Positions 1 through 11,288 of a stretch of DNA of 64,000 bases are shown piece after piece. Position numbers and translations under genes: made by a program. The stretch covers positions 17,174,001-17,238,000 of the forward strand of contig JBITNC010000001.1 of NCBI GenBank assembly GCA_050084985.1. The letters run 5' to 3'. Each line of letters opens with the position of its first letter. The first letter of the stretch is position 1. The notes beneath the pieces are model-generated. The model did no database searches and was not told the origin of the DNA. It worked only from the letters and a program-made list of their open reading frames with translations. The stretch comes from Nageia nagi. Its lineage: Eukaryota > Plantae > Pinophyta.

Positions 1-1590
1 AGTCTAAATGAAATTAGTAAAAGTTGGATTATAGTTCAATATGTTAATTAAAGTTGTGATTGACACACCTCTTATAGTATCGATTTACGCAGGGAGGGAA
101 AATGAGATCAAATCATATACAAACACTTTCGATTTAACAAACATTGAAGACAAACTAAAGTAATATTAGGCATTATGTATCAATGACGCCTCTTAATAAG
201 GCTAGACTTGTATTGATCACTGGTTATAATTGGTAATGACCGGCAACCCATTTGTGGAACAGTGAACTAAGAATGCATGTGATGAGGTGTGCCAACTCTA
301 TTATACCTATAATACCGTCATCCTAAATAAATTGAAAACATGGTAAGCAATACCTGACTAGAAAAACGGAGCAAGTATTCAGCACCAAAAATGGTGGAGA
401 TCGCATCCCATGTATTCTTAATAAACATTCATTATTCCATTTTCATTTTCAATTGTTGCAGCATATCAAAAGCACCTCTTTAACAAGTTGAAATCATAGA
501 ACCTCATACTAATTACTCAAAAGCTACCAATATAGATAATACTCATGGGCCATAACCTTCACTCCAGACACGAGGGGTCTAGAATTTGAAACATAAGGAC
601 TTGAATATTTAAATAGTAAAGATCCTCAAGGTGGACTCACCTTTTGAAGAACAGGTATATTAACAATGTTGCTTTTAATAATCTACTTCGCTTTTCCTTT
701 AAAAAAAAGGATTGAAAGGTGATGCCAGTACAGTGTGCAAAGTATCACACTTGCTAAACGATGACCAATGGACTTACCACTAACAAAGATGCCAACAGTA
801 CACTTGGCGGTGTGGAGAATAGGATGGCGCAAACAATCTTCCGTATGAACCACAATGCCAGTCGAGTAAACATAAAGGACCTCAAAGCCTTAATCTCACT
901 GAAGAGAAACCTTGAAAACAGTTATTCTAATGGAAATTTAAACATTTGGAGTTGCAAGTGTTGTATGCAGTGAAAAATGCCAGCGACTCTACTACATATG
1001 AAAACTATATGAATGAGAGACCACATATGAAAAACACAGGGTGAACCTTAATTTTTTAAATTTCCATCAGAACAAACAAAATTGTCATCCAGACCATGGT
1101 TCCCAATCAGTGTGCAAACAGGAAACCAACGAAATGTCCAACAGTGAAAGATGCAAATTACATCATTGAAAAGCACAAGGGCAGAAAACAAGGCCAACAA
1201 TTATCAGCATGTATTCCATTAAGTACATAAACCAACACATCTTGTTTTAAATATGTTGATTATACTTGCAATATATTTTACATTGTACTAATTGGAAGAT
1301 TCTTGAATACAAAGTCTGAGCCAGATGTGCAAAGAGCACAATTTGTTTGTCATGCATCCGCTCAATACATAGAGCATTTGCACATCATGAAAAAAATTTA
1401 AAATTAGTCAGGCATCTATAATTTCACCAACAAATATTGCATGGCAACTTGGGCCCTAGAATACTTAATACACACCTTGCAGAGATGAAAAACACCGTTT
1501 TGGGGATGGAAATGGATTTTCCAATTCCAGTTTATATTGTGCCAAAAGCTATGAACATAAGGCTTGCGCCTTTACCAGAGTTGAAGACGT

Positions 1591-1873
1591 TCAAAGGCAG
1601 TACATGGGAGTCTTTACTGGCTGATAGGAAAATGTTCTAACCGTGTATGAATGGCCTGACGAGAGAGTATAAGAAAATTTTTTTGCAGAGTTGTTATTTC
1701 CAAGTACATTACAGTCTTGATCAATGCTGCTGATTGGCCTGGCCAAGCACATATCCCAACGGCTGCTTTCAGACATTGTCTCTGCTACAGTGAAGATCCC
1801 TTTTGAATTCGTAAATGCCTGATAGTTAAGAACCTCCCTGATATGGTCATACACAGTACAGCAACCTCGGCTC
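1591..1873 (-). CDS. Pollen Ole e 1-like secreted protein, coding exon 2 (1-nt frameshift at 1836-1838 as written)
   Basis: Acceptor tttcttctcttgtAG at 1875-1874. The exon reads (G)AEVAVLCMTISG, then in the shifted frame EVLNYQAFTNSKGIFTVAETMSESSRWDMCLARPISS...PMYCL, with TGA at 1593-1591. Phase 1 matches exon 1. Confidence 0.88.
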
Positions 1874-4214
1874 CTACAAGAGAAGAAATAAATACCAAAA
1901 TTGTTATGACTGAAACCATCAAATAAATACACGAATTTTGAAAGCAATTCATCAAGATACCTAGACATGTCTTATGTATACAACTTCAAAGGCTTGATCT
2001 CATTCAAGAAAAGAAAAGTCCCAAAAGCCAAAAAAGCATTTATAGCTGCACATCTAATTAGAAACTTGACGAGTACATAAATGTAAAAATCATTGATTGG
2101 AAAACCACAACAGCTAAGGTTGCTGCCATTTTAGACATAAACATCAGATTCTCCACAGCATATCAGGAAAAGATAAATCTTATGACAGTAAAACAAATGA
2201 CGATCGAGTAATCCAAATACTCATTTACAACCAAAACAAAAAACAACAAATAGCACAATTAAACAAATTATTGAATAGCTTAAAGCCAATTGTATCATAT
2301 AAATCCTCCACTTTTATTTCATAAAAACTAAAGACTTGTATCAGGGTAATTTTATAGCATTAAATGGTTGTCCCAAGTGTTAGTGGACAAATGAATATTA
2401 ATAAGTTTACAAATTAAGAACCACGAACTAAGGCAAATAATTTTTATGAATATACGCATTACTCTATGCAAAATTTGATAGATGTATTACTTCGATGAAT
2501 TCTATATAGAACCTGGATATTAGTCAAGTAATGGACAGAAATTGACTAAAATTTAAGCAATCAAGTGATGTCTCCTGCTCAAATGTATTTGGTGAATACA
2601 TTATAGAATTATAAACTTTGTCAATCATTTGACACAAAATGAGTTGCTCTTAATTGTGGATATGAATATGTAAAAGGAAAAAGATGCTCTGAAAACTTCT
2701 TGCTAATTCAATAGCACCATTTGCTTCCAATTGAGCTACGAAGTCAATTTCGTAATTTACAGATCAAACTTGCTCTCATGAGAAGACCAGATTTGAAAAC
2801 CATTTGATCATTGCAAGTATGAAGCAAAGAGATTAGGATTCAAGCTAAGCATGAAAATAAGTTGTTAGATCCCAATTTCATTGTGATTTTGATGCATTAA
2901 GGCTCTGCAAACCAAACCTATGGACTATGAAAGACTGGTAAAATCTTGAAAAATCATGGTATAAATTTGGGCCAACTTATTCAAGGTAACACGAGAAGTT
3001 CCCTTCTTGCAAGAGGATCTTCTACACGTATAAGCATATTGGCCAAGTTATGACGATGATCTGTGAGGGTTCCATGTTGATACACATCCAATCCATTCAA
3101 ATCACCTGCACAGAGTGTGGTTCTATACCTGTGAATTTCCAGATCAATATTTTAGTCGAACTGACAATTGACTAAAGTGTTATCTAACAACAATCCATTC
3201 GTCCCACTACTAGTGATCAATGATGATGGCTAGCAACAACATATCCGTTATGATGATGGCATCTGGCAACAACCCATCTACGTCATGACTAATGCATGAG
3301 AATGATGGAGTCTAATGATGACCCACTCACCCAATGACTTTTGCTAATAATGGTATTTAACAACCTATCCCTACAACAAATATTGGACACTAACACTTCC
3401 AACTGATGATGATGAACCTTACCTTTGGTAATTACCTTTATTCGCCTAGCAACAATAATATACTCACTCCACTCAATCCCGATGCCTCACAATGGCCATT
3501 ATTAATTCTGGTATCATCGTCTCATCAGTGTCCAGACTTATGATGCAGGAGCATCCGGGTGTGTGGGCAATCTACTATTACTCAAAAAAAAAGGGAGTGC
3601 AACTGGATTATACTGGTAGATCATTTTGTTAAGTTTGAGGCTGAAATAAAAATGCCTATAACTGCACCAGGAACTGGAGAAAATTTGAGGACATAGTACA
3701 AACACTCTTCAAGTTCGCATGGCACGCCAATTCCTAATTGTGTGTCTCAATTGTTGCATGTCAATTTGGAGTTTTAATTGAATTTTATAAATTATGGGTT
3801 AAGAGTTTTTTATTTTGAGCTAGCGCATCTTATTTTTAAGAGGAATATTAAATCATTTTCCAGTTATTTTTTATGTAATCATCATAGTTTAGCAAATTCT
3901 GAGTTGAATGTAAGTAGTTGAAGCAAACTCAATTTAAAAGATTGTGTAATGCAGGCCAATCAAGAGTTTACCCCGTTGCATAGAATAATCAATCTGGAAT
4001 GAGCAGAACAAACCACAATTGATTACGATTGGAATTATCCTAGTTTGATATTGTTATTTGAGATTGTACGGGCTACTAGGTTGATTGGACACACCTACCT
4101 AGACTGCATCTATTGGTATCAAAGCAGGTAGCACCAGTGCTGAAAACACTACAGGAACTTGACATAGCACACAGAGGATGGCCGCAAGCACCTAGAAGTT
4201 GACATCTCTGCTAG

Positions 4215-7154
4215 GTGACTTTGAAGAAATTTTTTCTCCAATTGTTAAGATTACTTCAATTAGGACTATCTTGAGTATAGTGGCAGTAGAGGACTCACAT
4301 CTTGAGCATTTAGATGTAAGACAGCTTTTCTCCATGGTGATTTGGAAGAGGAGATTTACATGCATCAATTAGAAGTTTATGAAGTCAAGGGTGAGGAGAA
4401 ACTTGTTTGCAGGTTGAAGAAGTGCTTGTATGGCCTCAAGCAAGCTCCAAGGCAATGGTATCTGAAATTTGATCGTTTTATGACGGAACAAGGTTATATG
4501 AGATGTCATTCAGACCATTGTGTTTATTTCAAGAAAACAGACAATGTTAATTATATTATCTTGTTGTTGTATGTAGATGATATGCTTGTTGCAGGATATA
4601 GATGTGCTCAAAAGAAAGTTAGCAAGTTCTTTTGCAATGAAGGATTTGGGAGAAGCAAAGAAAATCCTTGGCATGAGAATTACCAAAGACCAGCAAAATC
4701 ACAAGTTGATGTTGTCTCAAAGTGAGTACATTGAGAAGATGTTGAAAAGGTTCAATATAAAGGATGAAAAACCGTAAGTACATCTTTTGCCAAACACTTC
4801 AAACCAATCAAGGAGATGTGTCCCAAGATACAGGTGCAGATAGATCACTTGGCAAAAGTTCTTTATGCATCTGCGGTTGATAGTTTGATGTATGCTATGG
4901 TTTGTACAAGACCAGATATTGCCCATGTAGGGGGTGTTGTAAGCAAGATTATGAACAACCCAGGTAAACAACATTGGGAAGCAATGAAGTGGATTCTCAG
5001 GTATTTGAGAGGTGCAACTACTCATGCTTTATGTTTTGGAGGTTCTAACACTGATTTGCAAGGATATGTTGATTCAAACATGGCAAAAGATATTGATGGT
5101 GGGAGAAGCACAGCAGGTTATATTTCTACTGTAGATGTAACAACAGTAAGTTGGATTTCAAATCTACAACAGGTTATTGCTCTTTCAACAACGGAAGTAG
5201 AGTATGTTGCTGCTACAAAGGCTAGCAAGGAAATCATTTGGTTACAAAGATTGATGAAGGAATTGGGAAAGGAGCAGAGGACAACAAATTGTGTTGTGAT
5301 AGTCAGAGTGTTTTCATTTTGCAAAGAACTCAACCTTTCATTCAAGAACAAAAAATATTTAGATTAGGTACCACTTCATACGATCAGTATTGGAAGTTGG
5401 GCAATTGAAGCTGGAAAAGATACAAACTAGCCAAAATCCTATAGATGTGTTGACAAAGGCGGTAACCAGGGAGAAAATATGTAATGTCCTCAAATTTTGA
5501 GTCCCACTATCCAATATGTTTAATGTTGGGATTTTGGTTAATAAAATCAAAATGGGACATTCTATCTTATTTATATATAGGCAAACTTTGTTTTAAATAA
5601 AGTATATTTGGGAGTTAGTAAGTATTTTGAAGTGTTTTAAAAAAAGATTAGGTATTATAATATATCATTAGCATTAGTGATTTATTTAGCATGTGACTAA
5701 ACTATCTTTCAAGTTATTGTGGATCCCTATTGGCAATCTAAGGGTGGAGAATTGTTCTCCAAAGCGGAACGTTGGATTAGCAAGTGCCCTTGTGCAATCC
5801 TAATGTGGTGCATTGGGTTTTTATGAGAAACAACTTGTCATTTGGAGCATCTCTTGTGAACTTCAAACCCTAAAGTGATTGCTTCAGCAGGACACAAATT
5901 CCTTCTACAGAAGAACGATTGTAGAAGTGCAATCCAGTGAGGAAGGCCAGCCTCATTGGGTAGGATTCAAGGAAGACAAGCCTTGGATTCCATCAGTGAA
6001 TATTTCAGAATTTACACGAGTGTTTTCAGTGGTTTTCCATTCCAAATATGAAGAGAAAAAAACCTAGTTTGTGATACAGCAGTGATTTCAGATGTTTATA
6101 GACATTTAGACAAGTTGCATCAGCAGAAATTTTCCAAGGTAGTTCGTTTAATTTTTGGGCATTTTGTGATCGTATTTATTGCCCAAGGTAGGACATCCAT
6201 CCCTAGGAGGGTTGAATAAAAACTATCGTTTGTTTTTGAGATACCCTTTTGCTTATAGATCTCATTTCCACTTTTGTAAAATTTTACTAAAATTTATAGT
6301 GTTTTCAAAAAAAAAATTGATTTTTTTTTTTCATGAGATCTGCCTATTTTTCAATAGTGCAAATTGTTGTGAAATTTCTTATTTATATTTGCAAAAGAAA
6401 AACAAATTTTAGCAAGATTTATCACAAATTAAGCTTTTGCTCAATTCTATTGGTCTTGAACCATGAACATAAGAGGTGAGAAGTATTAAGTCCATGGCTG
6501 GAGGAGTTTCAACAAATCAATCTCCAATTGTTTATTTTGGTGCCTGATTATTTGGCTAAGTATAAAAAACAACTCTCTGTTCCATAATTGGTATGCATAG
6601 GTCCGATTAGAAGAGCTAGTCAATTGGCTAGTGACCGATCGGCCTTAATCAATCGACCGGTCGTACCTGGTCGACTTGATAGTGATTGATCCGATAACCC
6701 AATCGATATGATGGTGACTGATTGCAAACGAAAGGCATAAGTGTTCTATTTTAAGTCTTTCATCTTGGCCTTAGGTAAAATTAGATTTGAGATCTAATGG
6801 TTGCATGTAATGGCACTTTCCATATATTATAATCCCTCCAATAGAGAGGTAGAGAAGGTGAAAATAGGAAAATTTTATGAGAGAATTTGTAAGAGATAAT
6901 GTTGTGAGATATTGAGAGAAAATCTTTTAAAATCGAAGAGGAAAGTACAACAGTATGGTTGTAGGTTTGTTCCCTTTGCGGCTTGGACTGATATAATACC
7001 AAGGTCTGAACATTTCTCTGTGGATGTAGCCCACATCAGGTGAGCCACGTTATATATTTGTTTCTCTTGTTTGTGTGTTTTTCTTGATGATACTTTTGCG
7101 ATTCATGCTATAAGTTGAATTGCTCCACATTATTTTATATAGTAGATCCTAACA
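4215..7154 (+). mobile_element. Ty1/Copia 3' half (RT-RNaseH, 3' UTR, 3' LTR 6529-7154) nested in the Gypsy element
   Basis: Motifs LYGLKQAPRQW, LLYVDDML, MKDLGEAKKILGMRI, TRPDIAH, ALSTTEVEY. The LTR (TGTTT...CTAACA) is homologous to the minus-strand LTR at 39656-40296. Confidence 0.9.
5480..6426. mobile_element. Solo LTR inserted in the last codons of the Copia RNaseH
   Basis: Termini TGTAAT...ATCACA; TSD AAATA/AATTA. Removing it restores ...VTREKLSFCSI, matching the uninterrupted sister copy at ~43295-43350. Confidence 0.8.
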
Positions 7155-8203
7155 ATCGTCACGCTTAGAGTTGATTAATAGCCAAGGTAAATTGAACGGA
7201 AGGCATATGAAATGGGTAGAATTTCTTCAAAAATATTCATTTGTTTTGAAGTATAGGAGTGGTAGCCCAAATCAGGTAGCCAAAGCAATTACTAGAAGAT
7301 GTTTATTCCTGAATGGGATGAGAATTGAGGCTGTTGGTTTTGATTCTATGAGAGCTGTATGCATATGCTCTAGACTTGAAGGAGATTTGGCCAGCTTGTA
7401 TGAACCCAATTGAGAGAGATATGACTTCATGGGTAGACCATTTCATTCAAGGAGGAGTATTGTTCAAGGGGCAACGATTTTGCTACAACATGATTGATTT
7501 GAGGGAGAATTTAGTGAAAGAGAAGAATAGTGAAGGTCTAGGTGAACACTTTGGAATGGATAAAATATTGGGACAGCTTCGTGATAGTTACTATTGGTCG
7601 AAAATGAGTGCAAATGTAAAAAAATATATGCAGAATAGCAAAGTTAGTTAACATGTTGAAGGACAAAGGAAAAAAAACACTAGTTTATATCAGCCATCAC
7701 CAATACCGAAGAGACTTTGAGAAGATGTGAGCATGGATTTCATCTCGGGTTGCCAAGAACTCAAAGAATTAGTAGCTTTTTTTTGTTGTTGCTGATAGAT
7801 TTTCAAACATGGCACATTTCATACCTTGCAAAAAGATCAATAATACCACTCATATTGCTACATTGTTCTTTAAATAAGTGATAAGATTGCATGGATTGCC
7901 AAAAAGCATTGTCTTGGATAAAGATACCAAATTTGTAGGCCATTTTTAGCGAACTTTGTGGAAGAAATTGGATACTAAGTTCAGTTTTAGTTCAACCTAT
8001 CATTCATAAACTGATGGGCAAATATAGATTGTCAATAGATATCTCAGAAACTTGTTGAGATGTTTCGTTGGAAAGAAGCCAAATCTATGGGATACTACAT
8101 TGACACAAGCAGAATTTGCGTATAGAAACTTGGTTAATAGGAGTACAACAAAAATTACTTCATAAATAGTGTAAAGATTCAATTCTAGATGGTTGGATGA
8201 ATT

Positions 8204-11200
8204 TGAAGAGAATATTGAAAAACAATATTCAAGCCCAAGAAAATAGACATGCAAAGTATCATAAAGAAATTGGAAAGAAGCTCAAAGATCTAATTAATTA
8301 TTTCATGAGAGGTACCTTGCATAAATAGAAAGGAACTACAATATTCCTCATGAGAGAGAGATAACTCCAAATATAGCAATAAAATAATATTTAGAAAATA
8401 AATATCATAAATACCTAATAACAACTTAAGATATACACTAACAACCCCCTTAAGTGATACTAGGAGGTATTGAAGATACAAAGCCAAAAAAAAATGGCAT
8501 ATCCACAAATATGAATCTCGATAAGAAGGCCTGATCAGGTACTCAAGTACAATATGTATCCATAAAACTCTATAGGAAAGATGATGAAAAACCACATGGA
8601 AAAAAACCATCTACGACGAGAGAAAGAAGAATAAGATAGAAGAAGGATCAATATCCCCCATGAATAACTTCCATCAAGAGGACCCCTACAAAGGATCCAT
8701 GTGATATCCCCAAATTAGATAGATACCTTGTCGTCAGGAAGAACGAGGCTAGGAGGCGTACATCAAAAATCTTCCCATTCCATGAAGGTATTAGAATGAG
8801 GGAACAACATGAAATCTAGTATGTGTGATGATGAATAAAGTTGCAAACCATGTCAAGGTGAAGAAGTCGCCAACAAACCAAAAAGTGTAGAGTCAAAAGA
8901 CTCAATGTCCTGCTACACAAGGAAAATAACAATTGAGGCAACAAGAGAAGGCAAGGAAGCCTCAAAATAGTCTTTAGGATCTCCTAAAGAGAGTCTAACC
9001 GAAGATACCTATGAGAAAGTCTTACAAGACTCCTGATGGAAAACAAAGGAAGCAAGAGAAAGTTCCAAGGCAACACGAGTAGGACAAGGTAGCTCAACAA
9101 AACAAGAAAGGCTCACCATATTAAAGTCCTCAAAATATGAAGGAACGTCAAACAAGGATGTAAACTCCTCATGAAGGTCAACAACATCCAAACTATGTGA
9201 CTCAATGAAAAGAGAAAAAACTTTATCCAAATGTCCTTATCAAGTGTGGATAAGGAAAGATGATCCAATTTGGAGACTCCAAGGTCTTTGAAGCAGTATT
9301 AGTATCTTGCAATAAAACGTCTACAATTGGTGTACCAACCTCATCCTCATCCAAAGCATCCTCATGCATCACAAGATAATATATCCTCAAAGTGCACAAA
9401 GAATGGAAAAGTTTGTGTGAAGAGATGACAACAAATCTGAGTTAACAGGTGGAAAAATATCATCATAAACAATGTTAGTGGGGTGTCTAAGAATAGCGCA
9501 CCCATAACATGATTTAGGGTACCAAAAATGCCACTCACATGTGTTAGGGCAAAGCATAGGAGCAAAACCTAGAAGATATGGCAAAAGATCAATTGAGTAC
9601 AAATGCTCAACAAGACTATCTTGCCAAGAAAGATATGAATCATGATCAATACATGGAGTGATGGGAAGTGCTGAAACATCCATCATACTGACTTGTAAAG
9701 ACACCAATGTAGTCGTCAAACTATGAAAAAGTCACCATAGGAAGCCCCCCCTAAACCAAAGTGTCTCACAAGAAGAAGAGTGAGAAGATAGGATGGAGTA
9801 AGAAACACCACGATTGCAAGGATAGTCCATTTCAAAGGGCTTCGCAAGTGTGGTCTCCACCTGAAAACATAATGGGCTGATAACAAGGTCCAAAAAGTGT
9901 AAACAAACAGTCGATCAAAGGGAAATGGTACTTTATAAGTGTAGTCTGAATGATCTATCGAAAACTCCCAAAAGATGCCTTTATAAAATAGGGTTCCTCC
10001 AATCAAGTCCATGTCAAAAGTGCTCATAGCCTACTTCACAACCCAAAAAACAATAGCTTAAACGGAGTCCAACTGCCCAAGATATCGAATTAATTTGATT
10101 GAGGGCAAAAATTTAATTTGAGCCCCAAACTATAGAAAATTTAATTCAATTAAAAACTATCAATTTAATTAAATTTTTAAATAGTAGATCTTCAAACTCA
10201 AATTTCGGGGCAGACGATGAAGGGGAATGGTGCCTTCCAGCTACTTGTTTTGAATGGGACGAAATGAAGAATCTGAATTTGCTAACAGAATAATGATTTG
10301 TCTTTTGATTCTCTGATTGTAGCCAAAAACAATTAGGAAAACTGTTAAAAATTAAATAAACAATCAACAAAAAAAAATGTCCAATCAGCAAATCAGGCCA
10401 AGAGGGATGCCTAGTCAGTAGAATGTGGGTCCCACAACAATTTGATGTGATTAGGGCTGAATGACATCAGAAGGGCCCACGTGGAAGATTTGACCAGCCA
10501 CAAGGAACACATTAGGCTCATTCATCCACACATCAATCGCATCGAACTTAAATTTGAGTCATCCACACACAAGTTTCTACAAGACAAACTATCCCATGTG
10601 AGTCAATTGCAAAAAAAGGGAGGATGTTTATGAGAGGCCAGGAAATGAAAGCAACGGAGAAGACATGAAAAGGATTTGCAACATCACAAAGTTCCTAGTA
10701 ACCGTCGAGTAACCTCCAAAAGCCGCTAGAGCCAAGTAATGGCCCCCGATCACTCATTTTGTCTCCAAATCACGGTTACCCATGAGTAATCGCCACTTAC
10801 TTGTGGATTTTCGAACCACGGATCAAACCACCTTTCCAAGTCTAAAACAAAGAGATCTGAATACAAAATGGCAGATCCAAAAAAATCATATCTGAAAATG
10901 AAAATTGAACTAGATCAAAAATTAACTTCAGAAGATTTCTTGAGTGCTTGCAAAAAATTCTATCCGGCTTTGGTGCCATGAAGAGAATATTGAAAAGCAA
11001 TATTCAAGCCCAAGAAAATAGACATGCAAAGCATCTCAAAGAAATGGGAAAAAAACTCAAAGAACTCATTAATTATTCCATGAGAAGGATCTTGCATAAA
11101 TAGCAAGGAAGTACAATATGAGCCATTGGATCATAACAAACCAAATGGATCTCATCCACACATAACTAGGAGGTTACCAACCTCATGCAAAAGAGATAAC

Positions 11201-11288
11201 TCCGAAAATAGTAATAAGATAATATCTAGAAAATAAATATCCTAAATATCCTAGATACCTAGTAACAACTTAAAGATATACTCTAACA
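8204..11288 (-). mobile_element. Non-autonomous LTR retroelement (short LTRs, no recognisable gag-pol) inserted in the Gypsy integrase
   Basis: LTRs 10979-11288 (5') and 8204-8443 (3'); PBS tggcaccaaagcc at 10978-10966; PPT taaggggg adjacent to 8444; TSD GAATT/AAATT; the integrase reading resumes after 11288. Confidence 0.88.

Noticed and set aside
1830-1845. Programmed ribosomal frameshifting to explain the broken frames in both genes
   Set aside because: No slippery heptamer or downstream structure is evident; indel error or mutation is simpler.
1874-1968. N-terminal part of ORF 1591..1968 as a standalone gene start
   Set aside because: It is intron sequence upstream of the acceptor; the real N-terminus is exon 1 at 13711.
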